In this document: positions 1-12,289 of the stretch, one piece after another
Position numbering within the stretch: position 1 is the stretch's first letter
Layout of the letters: every line of letters begins with the position of its first letter
DNA from: Heptranchias perlo
Lineage: Eukaryota
Direction: 5' to 3'
Assembly: GCF_035084215.1 (NCBI RefSeq)
Contig: NC_090338.1
Span: 53,444,001 to 53,508,000 of the forward strand
Length of the DNA: 64,000 nucleotides
Notes under the pieces: generated by a model
What the model saw: the letters and a program-made list of their open reading frames with translations, nothing else
The model's database searches: none
Told to the model about the DNA's origin: nothing
Made by a program: the position numbers and the translations under genes

Positions 1-109
1 GCAATTGCTTGTGAAGATAGAGGGATTAAAGGTAGTTTTAGAAAAGAAATTGATAATGGGAAGTCTCAATTAAGCAAGAAACTTTCCTGCAGATTGGGAG
101 AGATTCATA

Positions 110-992
110 GGGCTCAATTTTAAAATGGAGCCGGGAAGGGGGCGGTGGGTCAATTTGAGGTGGGGAAACCCATTAGAATGGGTTTCCTAGACGTCCTTAC
201 GATTTTGACGTAAGTATGTCTTTTATTTTTTTTTTGTCAGTTTCCCGTCTGACTGATCGGCTGAATAACAGGCTGGTCTCAGTTAGACAGGAGTCCAGTC
301 AGGGAGAGGATGTCTTCAGGTAAGTCTGCAGGTAAGTCTTTGTTTGTATGGATGGGGGGAAGGGGGCACGGGAGGGGGGCATGGATGGACAAGGGGCATG
401 GGTGGGCATAGGTTGGCAGGAGGTCACGAGTCATGGGGGATGGGATCTGGGGTCAGTCACGGGGACGGGATCGGGGGGTCATCGCGGGGGTCCACGATCA
501 ATGAGGGGGAGGATTGGGGTCGGTGTCGGAGGATCAGGATCAAGGGTCGGGGTCGGGGGTCCACGATCGGGGGGAGTCCGCGATTGGGGTGGGGGGTCGG
601 TGCAGGTAGGTTGTTGGGCCTGGGGGAAGCACTCCTGTTCCTCCAGGCCCACAAGCTGTGCTTTTCTAGGCACTTACCTATTAGTCTCAGGCTTTCACGG
701 AGGCCCAGGAATCCCAGCCCCCCGGGGTTGAAATCGGGAATTAGTGAAAAATGGAGGCCTCCTTGAAAAGTTTTAAGGCCCGACCTGCCTCCTGGGAGCG
801 GGTTGGCCGCCCACCCCTCATCCTGCCCCCGTGAAAACCGGAAATGGGCGGGTTGGAGGCGGGTCTGAAATGGTGGTAATTTTCAATGGCCCACCCCACC
901 CCACCCCCCCCCCCCACCCCCCCCACCCCACCCCCCCCCCACCCACCTCCAACCCCCCCACCCACCGGTTTTTTACTTTTAAAATCGAGCCC
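110..992. mobile_element. Non-autonomous Harbinger-type DNA transposon (MITE)
   Basis: TIRs GGGCTCAATTTTAAAA (110-125) and TTTTAAAATCGAGCCC (977-992), 15/16 match; identical 3-bp flanks ATA (107-109, 993-995) fit a 3-bp TSD; no coding capacity; G-rich/C-rich interior. Confidence 0.85.
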
Positions 993-1157
993 ATAATGTC
1001 AGCAAGCATGGGTGGGCCCAGGTGAAGTTGAGTTTTCAGAAAAGAATCCAGGGAACAGATGAGGGCTGGGTGAAGTTGGAGGACAAGCTACAAAGCATAG
1101 GGTGAATGTGACTGGGAGTGAGAGTCAGGGGAGATGAGCAAAGAAAAAAAAGAGAGA

Positions 1158-1530
1158 ACTTTCATTTATATAGCACCTTTCACAACTTCAGGACGTACCA
1201 GCCAATGAAGTACTTTTGAAATGTGGTCACTATTTAATATAGGGAAACACAGCAGCCAATTTGCTCACAGCAAAGTCCCATAAACAGCAATGTGATAGTG
1301 GTGTTGGCTGAGGGATGTGTTTTGGCCAGGACACTGCTCTTCTTCAAATAGTGCCATGGGCAGAGGGCAGATGGGACCTTGGTTTAACGTCTCATCTAAA
1401 GGATGGCACCTCCGATGGTGCAGCATTCCCTGAATGTCAGCCAAGATTATGTGCTCAAGTCTCTGGAGTGGGGCTTGAACCCACAACCTTTTGATTCAGA
1501 GGCAAGATTACTAGCACTGAGCTACAACTG
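1158..1530 (-). mobile_element. tRNA-derived SINE, DeuSINE (SacSINE1/AmnSINE1)-like
   Basis: Minus-strand head TAGCTCAGTG...GGTTCAAGCCC (A/B boxes), central GAGGTGCCATCCTTTAGATGAGACGTTAAACC resembling the Deu domain, L2-type tail GGTGCTATATAAATG; related copies elsewhere in window. Confidence 0.75.
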
Positions 1531-3171
1531 ACACCTGAGGAGGCTATTGAGGCCAAGCATCTTGATTTTGAAAACAAATAAGTCCACGAGTGTTACTTTT
1601 TTGAATTTTTACTCAACAAACAACAGCTTGGATTTATATAGCACATTTAATGTAGAACAAAGTCCCAAGGCACTTCAGAGGCGTATTCAGACAAAAATGG
1701 ACTCTGCATATTTTTCTTAGCTTCTGTGTCTCAGATCAATTCAGTTGATGAGCCCTCATTCCCTATGGTCCAAAGTGTGCCTACTCACAATGTAGATCAT
1801 TTGTAATGTGCCCTGGCATCAAACAGAAAACCACTGTTACCGTGTTTTACTTATGTTTAATGCCCTCATGTAATCTTCCCTGACTTTGGAATAAACAGTG
1901 ATAGACAAACACTGTGGCTTACACCAAAATAGTGGGTGTGGGAGACTGTCTAAGGGTCGGTGGGGAAGAGGGCAATGAATGAGGAGTCAAAATAGTTAGT
2001 GAACAATTGAGGTGTGGATTTTGCAGCAGGTCACAGAACAGCGAATTGGGTATTAGGTTGCTGATATGGGAGTTTGGGGATAGTTTTTTTTCTACAGATA
2101 GAAGGAGAGGGTGGAGGGATTAGAGGTACACAGGGGGCTGTAAATAGTAAAACACAATAAGAAATCAAAAATCCTGTGAGTATGTGATCTAATAACCCAC
2201 AAGCTAAATGCAAATGAAGATGCTGCAGTTCAGTTGATCTAAACTCAAACTGACTGTCATTTTTTGGGTCGAATAAAACAAATGAACCTCCAATCACCAT
2301 TATCCATAATTAAAGATATTTCATACATTTTCCATATAGTTCTCACATCTAAATCTTACTGTTCCAATATTTTAAAAACACATTTAAAAAAATGTAAATT
2401 ACATTGAGGGATTGTGTCACCACTGATTTCAAATCATTTACAATAATTAGTTTTAGTCCCTTATTTAAGTTAGTTAATTTTTAACCAGCTGGAGATTCTC
2501 TGTGGTCAAAATTCTATGGCTACAGAGCCAGAATTTCGAACGTTAATTGTATTTTGTATGCCTTAACATTACACCTTAAAATATTTTCCAGTCATCAAGC
2601 TGCACAGAGCAGATTATATTGGTCGGTGGTTGATGTGCTGAAAGGCCTACGCTATGTTGTAGCTTATCGGTGTGTTTTCTTTCGTTGGCCTTATTACATA
2701 GAAATATAGAACATTTATGGCACAGAAGGAGGCCATTCGGCCCTTCGTGTCTGTGCCGGTCGACATAGATCCATCCAGCCTAATCCCACTATCCAGCTCT
2801 TGATCCATAGCCTTGTGGGTTATGGCACTTCAAGTGCATATCCAAGTACTTTTAAAATGCGATGAGGGTTTCTGCTTCTACCACCATTTCAGGTAGTGAG
2901 TTCCAGACCCATACCACACTCTGGGTGAAATTTTTTTTCCTCAGCTCCCTCAAATCTTTCTACCAGTTACTTTAAATCTATGCCCCATGGTTATTCACCT
3001 CTCTGCTAAGGGAAATAGGCCTTTCCTCTCCACTCTATCTCGGCCCCTCATAATTTTATACACCTCAATTAAATCACCCCTCAGCCTCCTCTGTTCCAAA
3101 GAAAACAACCCCAGCCTATCCAATCTTTCCTCATAGCTAAAATTCTCCAGTCCTGGCAACATCCTCGTAAA

Positions 3172-5088
3172 ACAGAAAGCCTAGAGGAGGATAGAAAGTG
3201 CAGGGTGAAATTAAAAAGGAAATTAGGAAAGTACAGAGAGGGCATGAAAAAATACTGGCAACTAAAATTAAGGAAAACTCAAAAATGTTTTATAAATACA
3301 TAAAGAGCAAAAGGATAACTAAGCAAAGAGTAGGACCTATTAGTGACCAAAAAGGTAACCCATGTGTGGAGGCGGAAGATGTGGGTATGGTTCTTAATGA
3401 ATACTTCGCGTCTGTCTTCACAATAGAGGGGGACGATGCAGAGATTATAGTTAAGGAGGAGGAGTGTGAAATATAGGATGGTATAAACATAGTGAGAGAG
3501 AAAGTATTAAGGGAATTAGCATCTTTGAAAGTAGATAAATTGCCAGGACCAGATGAAATGTATTCCAGGCTGTTAAAAGAAACAAGGGAGGAAATAGCGG
3601 AGGCTCTGACCAGCATTTTCCAATCCTCCCTAGCTACAGGTATGGTGCCAGGGGATTGGAAGACTGCTAACGTTGTACCTTTGTGCAAAAAGGGAGAAAA
3701 GGATAGACCCAGTATTAACAGGTCATTCAGTCCATCCTTGGTGGTGGGCAAATTATTGGAATCAATTCTGAGAGACAGTATAAACCGTCACTTAGAAAGG
3801 CATGGATTAATCAAGGACAGTCAACATGGATTTGTTAAGGGAAGGTCGTGTCTGACTAACTTGATTGAATTTTTTGAGCAGGTAACAAGGAGGGCCGATG
3901 AGGGTAACGTGTTTGATGTAGTGTACATGGATTTTAGCAAAGTTTTTGACAAGGTCCCACATGGCAGACTGGTCAAAAAAGTAAAAGCCCATGGGATCCA
4001 AGGGAAAGTGTCTAGTTGGATCCAAAATTGGCTCAATGGCAGGAAGCAAAGGATAATGGTTGACGGGTGTTTTTGAGACTGGAAGGCTGTTTCCAGTGGG
4101 GTCCCGCAAGGTTCAGTACTAGGTCCCTTGCTTTTTGTGGTATATATTAATGATTTGGACTTGAATGTGGGAGGCTTGATCAAGAAGTTTACAGATGATG
4201 CAAAAATTGGCCGTGTGGTTGATAGTGAAGAGGAAAGCTGTAGACTGCAGGAAGATATCAATGGACTGGTCAGATGGGCAGAAAAGTGGCAAATGGAGTT
4301 CAATCCGGAGAAGTGTGAGGTAATGCATTTGGAGAGGGAAAACAAGGCGAGGGAGCACACAATAAGTGGGAGGATACTGAGAGGTGTCGAGGAAGTGAGG
4401 GACCTTGGAGTGTATGTCCACAGATCCCTGAAGGTAGCAGGACAGGTAAATAACGTGGTTAAAAAGGCATACGGGATACTTTCCTTTATCAGCTGAGGCA
4501 CAGAATATAAGAGCAGGGAGATTATGCTAGAACTGTATAAAACATTGGTTAGCCCAATTGGTTGAGTACTGCGTACAGTTCTGGTCACCATATTACAGGA
4601 AAGATGTGATTGCACTGAAGAGAGTACAGAGAAGATTTACGAGGATGTGGCCAGGGCTGGAGAATTTTAGCTATGAGAAAAGATTGGATAGGCTGGGGTT
4701 GTTTTCTTTGGAACAAAGGAGGCTGAGGGAAGATTTAATTGAGGTATATAAAGTTTTGCTGGGACTAGATAGAGTGGATAGGGAGGACCTAGTTCCCTTA
4801 GCAGAGGGGTCAGTGACCAGGGGGCATAGGTTTAAAGTAATTGGTAGAAGGATTAGACGGGAGCTGAGGAGAAATCTTTTCACCCAGAGGCTGGTGGGGA
4901 TCTGGGTGGTAGAGGTAGAAACTCTCAAATCATTTAAAAAGTACTTGGATGCGCACTTGAAGTGCCATAACCTACAGGGCTACGGACCAAGTGCTGGAAA
5001 GTTGGATTAAGCTGGATAGCTCTTTGTCGGCTGGCACGGACACGATGGGCCGAATGGCCTCCTTCTGTGCCCTAACTTTCTATGATTC
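3172..5088 (+). mobile_element. 5'-truncated CR1 LINE inserted in inverted orientation into the above CR1
   Basis: RT fragments (ORFs 3198-3476, 3492-4076, 4128-4496, 4558-5010) and 3' end ...GGCCGAATGGCCTCCTTCTGTG...TTCTATGATTC. Confidence 0.92.
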
Positions 5089-5090
5089 GA

Positions 5091-7500
5091 TCTCCTCTGT
5101 ACCCTCTCTAATGCAATCATACCTTTCCTGTAATGTGGTGACCAGAACTGTATGCAGTACTCAAGCTGTGGCCTAACTAGTGTTTTATACAGTTCTAGCA
5201 TAATCTCCCTGCTCTTATATTCTATGCCTCAGCTAATACAGGAAAGTATCCCGTATGCCTTCTTAACCACCTTATCAACCTGTCCTGCTACCTTCAGGGA
5301 TCTGTGGACATAGTCCCTCTCTTCCTCTACACCTCTCAGTATCCTCCCATTTATTGTGTATTCCCTTGCCTTGTTTGACCTCCCCAAATTCATTACCTCA
5401 CACTTCTCCAGATTGAATTCCATTTGCCACTTTTTTGCCCACCTGACCAGTCCATTGATATCTTCCTGCAGTCTACAGCTTTCCTCCTCACTAACAATCA
5501 CACGGCCAATTTTTGTATCATCTGCAAACTTTTTAATCATGCCCCCTACATTTAAGTCTAAATCATTAATATATACCACAAAAAGCAAGGGATCTAGTAC
5601 TGAGCCTTGCGAAACCCCACTGGAAACAGCCTTCCAGTCCCAAAAGCGTCTGTTGACCATTACCCTTTGCTTAATGCCACTGAGCCAATTTTGGATCCAA
5701 TTGCCACTTTCCCTTTGATCCCAAGAGCTTTTACTTTTTTGACCAGCCTGCCATGTGGGACCTTGTCAAAAGCCTTGCTAAAATCCATGTAGACTACATC
5801 AAATGCGCTACCCTCATCGACCCTCCTTGTTACCGCCTCAGAAAATTCAATCAAGTTAGTCAGACACGACCTTCCCTTAACAAATCCGTGTTGACTGTCC
5901 TTGATTAATCCGTGCCTTTCTAAGTGACGGTTTATACTGTCTCTCAGAATTGATTCCAATAATTTGCCCGCCACCGAGGATGGACTGACTGGCCTGTTAA
6001 TACTGGGTCTATCCTTTTCTCCCTTTTTGCACAAAGGTACAACGTTAGCAGTCTTCCAATCCCCTGGCACCATACCTGTGGCTAGGGAGGATTGGAAAAT
6101 GCTGGTCAGAGCCTCCGCTATTTCCTCCCATGCTTCTTTTAACAGCCTGGGATACATTTTATCTGGGCCTGGCAATTTATCTACTTTCAAAGATGCTAAA
6201 CCCCTTAATATTTCCTCTCTTACTATGTTTATCCCATCCAATATTTCACACTCCTCCTCCTTAACTATAATCTCTGCATCGTCCCCCTCTTTTGCGAAGA
6301 CAGACACGAAGTATTCATTAAGAACCATACCCACATCTTCCGCCTCCACACATAGATTACCTTTTTGGTCTCCAATAGGTCCTACTCTTTGCTTAGTTAT
6401 CCTCTTGCTCTTTATGTATTTATAAAACATTTTTGGGTTTTCCTTAATTTTAGTTGCCAGTATTTTTTCATGCCCTCTCTTTGCTTTCCTAATTTCCTTT
6501 TTAATTTCACCCCGCACTTTCTATACTCCTCTAGGCTTTCTGCAGTATTGAGTTCTCGGTGCCTGACATAAGCTTCCCTTTTTTGCCTTATCTTACCCTG
6601 TATGCTCCTTGACATCCAGGGGCTCTAGATTTGGCAGTCCCACCCTTTTTCTTTGCAGGAACATGTTTACTCTGAACCCCTTGATTCTCCCCCTTGAATG
6701 CCTCCCACTGCTCTGATAGTGTTTTACCTTCAAGTAGCTGTTTCCAGTCCATTTTTGCTAAATCACTTCTCAGCTTAATAAAATTGGCCTATCCCCAGTT
6801 TAGAACTTTTACTCCTGTTCTATCTTTGTCCTTTTCCATAACTATGCTACATCTAACTGAATTATGATCACTACCACCAAAATGCTCTCCCACTGATTCT
6901 CCTTCCACCTGCCCAGCTTCATTCCCTACAACTAAATCCAGAACTGCCCCCCGTCGCTCTTGTTGGGCTTGCTACATACTGGCTAAAAATGTTCTTCTAA
7001 ATGCAATTTAAAAATTCTGCGCCCTCTATACCTTTTACACTGTTTATGTCTCAGTTAATATTAGTGTAGTTGAAATCCCCTACTATAACTGCGCTATTGT
7101 TTTTGCACTTCTCAGAAATTTGCCTATATATTTGCTCTTCTATCTCCCTTTGACTGTTTGGGGGTCTATAGTACGCTCCCAGAAGTGTGACTGCCCCTTT
7201 TTTGTTCTTTAGGTCAACCCATTTGGCCTCATTTGATGATCCTTCTAACATATCATCCCTCCTCACAGCCGTAATTGTTTCTTTAACCAACATTGCTACC
7301 GCCCCCCTCCTTTTTTATCCCCCTCTCTATCTCGTCTGAAAACCCTGTAACCAGGAACGTTGACCTGCCATTCCTGCCCCTGTTTAAGCTATGTTTCAGT
7401 AATAGCTAAGATATCATACTTCCACGTGTCTATCTGTGCCCTCAGTTCATCTGCCTTATTCACTATACTCCTTGCATTGAGATATATACCGTTCAGCACT
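5091..7500 (-). pseudogene. CR1 ORF2 (APE endonuclease + reverse transcriptase), disrupted
   Basis: ORFs 7051-7293 (GAYYRPPNS...IVGDFN), 5660-6517, 5229-5660 (KFADDTK), 5007-5201; frameshifts and stops between them. Confidence 0.9.
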
Positions 7501-7640
7501 ACCAAACTCCTTTGTTCTCTAGTTTCTAACCTTTGTTTCCTCTGCCTTCCAAACTTGCTTACTAATTTTCTGCCTTCTATTTCCAGCTCTGCTTCTCTCC
7601 CTTCTGAATCTATGTTCAGATTCCCATCCCCCTGCCAAGC

Positions 7641-8575
7641 TAGTTTAAACCCTCCCCAACAGCACTAGCAAACCTCCCTGCAAGGATATTGGTCCCGGCT
7701 CTGTTGAGGTACAACCCGTCCGGCTTGTACAGGTCCAACCTCCCCCAGAACCGGTCCCAATGCCCCAGGAATCTAAAGCTCTCCCTCCTGCATCATCTCT
7801 CTAGCCACGCATTCATCTGCTTTAGCCTCCTATTTCTAAACTCACGAGCATGTGGCACCAAGAGTAATCCAGAGATTACTACCTTTGAGGTCCTGCTTAT
7901 TCATTTCTTTCCTAGCTCCTTAAGATCTGCCTGCAGGACCTCTTTCTACCTATGTCATTGGTATTGATATGGACCATGACCTCTGGCTGTTCACCCTCCC
8001 ACCCCAGAATATTCTGCAGCCATTCAGTGACATCCTTGACCCTAGCACCAGGGAGGCAACATACCATCCTGGAATCACGTCTGCGGCCGCAGAAACGCCT
8101 GTCTGTTCCCCTAACTATTCAATCCCCGATCACTATTGCTCTCCTGACCTTTCTCCTCCCCCCCCACCCCCCGCACAGCTGAGCCATCCATGGTGCTGTG
8201 GACTTGGCTCTGGCTGCACACCCCAGAGGAACCCTCTCCCTCACCATTCCAGTTAGAGGGTGAGATGCACTCACGGGACTCCTGCAGTACCTGCCTGTTC
8301 CTCCTTGGCTATCTGGTGGTCACCCAGTCCCTCACTACCTGCACTCTCTTAAGCTGCGAAGTGACCACCTCCTGAAACGTGCTATCCACGTAGCTCTCAG
8401 CCTCGTGGATGCATTGTAGTGAAGCCAGCTGTTGCTCAAGCTCCGAAATCCAGAGCTCGAGCTCCTCCAACTGATGACACTTCTTGCACCTGAGGTTGTC
8501 CAGGACATGGGAAGCATCCTGGAGTTCCCACATGGCACAGGCTGTGCATTCGACGGGTCTGAGGTGCCCTGCCGA
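7641..8575 (-). pseudogene. CR1 ORF1 (CxxC..CxxC zinc finger, leucine zipper, SGNH esterase-like), disrupted
   Basis: Translates to ...VECTACAMWE...RCKKCHQLEELEL...ELEQQL and ...DRRFCGRRRDSRMVCCLPGARVKDV...EQPEVMVHINTND, typical of CR1 ORF1. Confidence 0.8.
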
Positions 8576-8639
8576 GCTTCTACTTATTAGATTATTAACT
8601 AAACTTAACAGAAATAAACTGAAGAGTTAAAAAAACACT

Positions 8640-8690
8640 CACCAGCTACTCACCAATCAGCTACTCACCAATCAGCTACTCACCAATCAG
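8640..8690. repeat. 15-bp tandem repeat (CACCAATCAGCTACT)n in the CR1 5' UTR
   Basis: About 3.5 copies visible directly. Confidence 0.9.
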
Positions 8691-9034
8691 TTCCATCCCT
8701 TGTGCTGACGTCACTTAGGTTTTATCCTCACTCCCTAGGCCTCGCTTTTTACCTGCTCCGATGCTCCGCACCCCCGCCCCACCCCCACCTTGTCTCACAG
8801 GTCCACGTTGCTCTGGACTCCAGGCTATATACCCCAACTAGAACTCAGAGGGCAGGTCAACGAATAGAATTTTCTATGGTCTGCATAAGTATCATTTTGT
8901 GGGCTGTTGGTCGTAGGGGAAGGGTAGAGAAAGAAGAGGGACAAAGCACAACTACCAGCTGAGATCAGGATTATAATCCAGATCTCCTAGTCCATAGATG
9001 GTTTTATACTAGTGCATGTTTAGTTTGAATTCTG

Positions 9035-9150
9035 GGAGATTATGGAATCTTACAGTATATACAAGGTAGCCATTCGGCCCATCGTGCCTGTGCCGGTACT
9101 TTGAAAGAGCCTTAGCCCCATTCCCCGGCCCTTTCCCCATAGCCCTGCAA
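9035..9150 (-). mobile_element. CR1 3' tail fragment
   Basis: GCCATTCGGCCCATCGTGCCTGTGCCGG matches reverse CR1 3' ends in this window. Confidence 0.6.
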
Positions 9151-9159
9151 ATTAAGTGA

Positions 9160-9385
9160 CTGCCAGCAGGACAGTGGAGGCTGGTCCTGACCTCTTGCCA
9201 CATCTACCTGTGTCCTTTGCAGCAGAGGTCACTGGATGGTGATCAGGAGCAGGATCCCCGGGGCTGATATTTACTTTCCTTGGCCCGGGGGGAGGGGGCC
9301 GTCCTCACCGACACCCCAGACTGTGATCAATGAATTCGGTACAGAGCAGGGATCAAACCTGGAGACCCTTGGTCCATGGATTGGC
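9160..9385 (-). mobile_element. Fragment of second old SINE-like family (family B)
   Basis: Shares GGGATCAAACCTGG and CAGCAG..GGTCACTGGAT..GATCAGGAGC blocks with 15095-15490 and 29800-30110. Confidence 0.5.
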
Positions 9386-10739
9386 CCCCTGCATTTACGT
9401 TGCTAAACGTGACTCCCTTATCACGTCAGGACAACCATAAGCTTGTTGTCGTTCTCCTGCTGGGAGAAAGGAGCCAGAATTAGCAGGATTAATAGAGAGG
9501 AGCGACTGCATGGACAGTGGTCTTCCAGAATCCAAACTAAATGAGCACCAGGATAAAATGTCACATGGTACAGCATACAAACATGTTCTATGGTGAGACC
9601 ACTCACTAATACCTACTTTCAAAATCATCAGCAAGCTATATTTAAATAATGGGTAGCTCACAACATGAGTGCTCCTGCATTCCTTTTATTAGTTTTTGAA
9701 TTTGACAAAAATTATTCTTATGCTTATGCTGTCCAACTAATAAGACATTCAACCTTCCTAAACCCTGGTGTCAAAAGAAACCCCACACATAAGTCTAGGA
9801 AGTGAATTGATTCTCCATGAAATGCTGTGACTTAAGTTCAAGTATACAATACAGAAATTATATCTGGATCCATTGGGACAGTCAAGAGCTGCTGTGTGGC
9901 CTCTTTTAGAAGGCGCTTAGGGAGCATTAAACTGTACCTTACTGACAAATGCAAAACATCAATGCTTGGCCACAAATAGTCAAGGCGTATAGTGGGGTGG
10001 CATTTAAATCAATTTGTAACCAAGTATTAGGATTACATGAAAAGAAAAGCCTATTTTACAACTACTGAATTAATAACCACTAGTTGTTATAGAAAATGAT
10101 CCAAGATACTGCAGCTTTTGTAACCATAACAGTGCGTATAAATAATAAATAGATTCTCTCATCATGAAAAATATACATTTTGCCTTCTACAACTAGTCAA
10201 TCCATTCCACTTATTTTTAAAATCGTTCACCTGATATTCCATATTCCAATGAAGTACACATTGGTTGCTCCAATGCTAAAAAATTCATCAGCAGAATAAG
10301 GAGCCAAGAGAAGCTTCCTATATATTGATCACTTATCATTGAGTGCATGGGTACGTTATTGTACACGTAACAAGTTGCTAGCAACATCTGGACAATTTAC
10401 CATTCAAAATCTAGCCACAGTATCTGTATAAATGTATCCTTGGCAATCATGCAGATTTTAATTATGTTTAATTTATTACAGTGCTTGATTAACAGCTTTT
10501 GTTTTAAAAAAGTTACCTTCTAAGTATACCAGCCGTGAATAATTTTACAAAGTACTACAATTTTAAAAGAGTTAAATTCAGCTTTTATATAAATATATGC
10601 AGTTCTAATCAGCGTTAGTCAGTTGTAACATTTAATTTACGTTGAGTACGATGGACTTTCATTTTCTAAAATTTTGCACACAATTCATTTTTAATTATCA
10701 TGTCTATACTCTTTATTAAATAGTATACCTGGTGAATAA

Positions 10740-11475
10740 GCCATTGTCTTTGACCCTCACTACAAACTCTGCACTCTTGCCATCTATTCCATACCCCTCC
10801 AAGGCCACTGTCTCAAGCTGAATCTGACTGTTCAGCATCCAATTTGACCCTGATCTCAGACCAATTTCATCTGCATCACAAAGATTGCCTATTTCCATCA
10901 CTGTAACATCACCAACCTCCACCCCTAGCTCAGCCTATATACCACTAAAACCCTCATCCAGGCTCAATTATTCTAATGCTTTCCTGGCTGGTCACCCATC
11001 CTCTACTTTCCATAAACTTCAGCTCATCCAAAATATTGCTGCCTGTACCTTATCTTGTACCAAATCCCATTCACCCATCACACCTGTCCTCGCTGACCGA
11101 CATTGGCTCCCGTCTCTCAACGCCTCGAATTTAAAATTCTCATCCTCGTGTTTAAATCCATTCATGACCCTTCAAAAGTCTCTGCATCCTCCAGCCCTAC
11201 AACACCTCCCTCCTGAACTCTCCTTTCGTCTATCTCTGGCCTCTTATGCTCCCCACTCCCTTCGCCTCACTATTGATAGCCGTGCCTTCAGCCGCTTAGA
11301 CCCTATACTTTGGAACTCCCTCCCTAAACCCCTCTCCACCTCTCTGCCAGCCTTTAAAACCCCCCTTAAAACTCACCTCTTTGACCAATCCATTTTTGTT
11401 TCCATCTTTGTGAAATACTTTGAGACGTTTTTCTACATTAAAGATATTATATAAATGCAAGTTATTGTTGTTGTT
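10740..11475 (+). mobile_element. L2 LINE 3' fragment
   Basis: ORF 10885-11454 contains SRLNYSNAFLAG...KLQLIQNIAA...SPITPVLADRHWLP (L2 RT C-terminus); tail ATATAAATGCAAGTTATTGTTGTTG. Confidence 0.85.
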
Positions 11476-12289
11476 GAATAACATGGACACAATATTTTTC
11501 TCATTCTCTTTGTTTCTTCATACAACCCATATTATCCTGACTGAGAGGGTTGAACAGATGATCTATGTTTTATGCCTCTGTCACTTAATAAACAGCAAGT
11601 AGAACTGTGCTCCAGCAGTACGGTAAAGTGTTACTCTTCCTCTCACTGCATCCCATCCTTTTCTCAGTCAAAAACAGGACTCACCATGTGAAGATTTGAG
11701 CAGTGAACCGGCATATTACTTGTCCCTGGCACATTGCACTAATCTTCAAACAAACGGTCCATTTTATCAAGTATAAACATTGCTACTGTTTCTGGTTATG
11801 TAGACAGGTTCCATTTTATTCCTTGTAGACCTTAATGTAATTCTATTTATAAATTATCCTTTCATATTTTATTTCAAATTCAAGCCCAGTGTGAGCAGTT
11901 TCCATTGGGATAGCATTTCAGAAGAGTGAGTAGGAAACAAATGAAAGGATGAGTCTCTCTTGGGTATTGTATAGCTTTGGAACAACGTCTAAATAATTGA
12001 TGACACTACCATTGGCAGCCTTACTTGATAGCTAAATCCTAGTTTCTGATTCAGCAAAAATATACATTGCTCTCATGGACTTGAAGCGAAAAGTAATTTG
12101 CATGGTGATGTGAGGAGTTTTATATTCTGATCCTAAATACAGATTACAAGTGTGATTGAATGCATTCTAATGGATTGATCTTAGTTAACCTAATTTTTAA
12201 AGCAGTTTTAAAAATTAAGCATATACTACAAAACATAGGTAATACGCAGTCAGTGTAGGTAATTAAATAAAAGTACATGCAATATAATG

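Larger units (their letters stand above)
2696..8850 (-). mobile_element. Near full-length CR1 LINE (decayed), split by an inserted CR1 at 3172-5088
   Basis: Sequence ...ATCCTCGTAAA (to 3171) resumes as TCTCCTCTGT... (from 5091); carries ORF1 (Zn finger/coiled coil plus esterase), ORF2 APE (YRPPN, GDFN) and RT (SQHGF, DFSKAFDKV, FADD) motifs and a CR1 3' tail near 2696. Confidence 0.9.

Noticed and set aside
344-1025. Gly-rich and Pro-rich ORFs
   Set aside because: Arise from low-complexity G/C tracts inside a MITE; no domain or splice structure
3290-6425. Long antisense ORFs over CR1 RT (e.g. 3821-4615, 5964-6425)
   Set aside because: Shadow frames of retrotransposon coding sequence
9440-9598. 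Open frame ending at a GTGAGA donor-like site (MDSGLPESKLNEHQDK...)
   Set aside because: No recognisable homology, no convincing acceptor or partner exon
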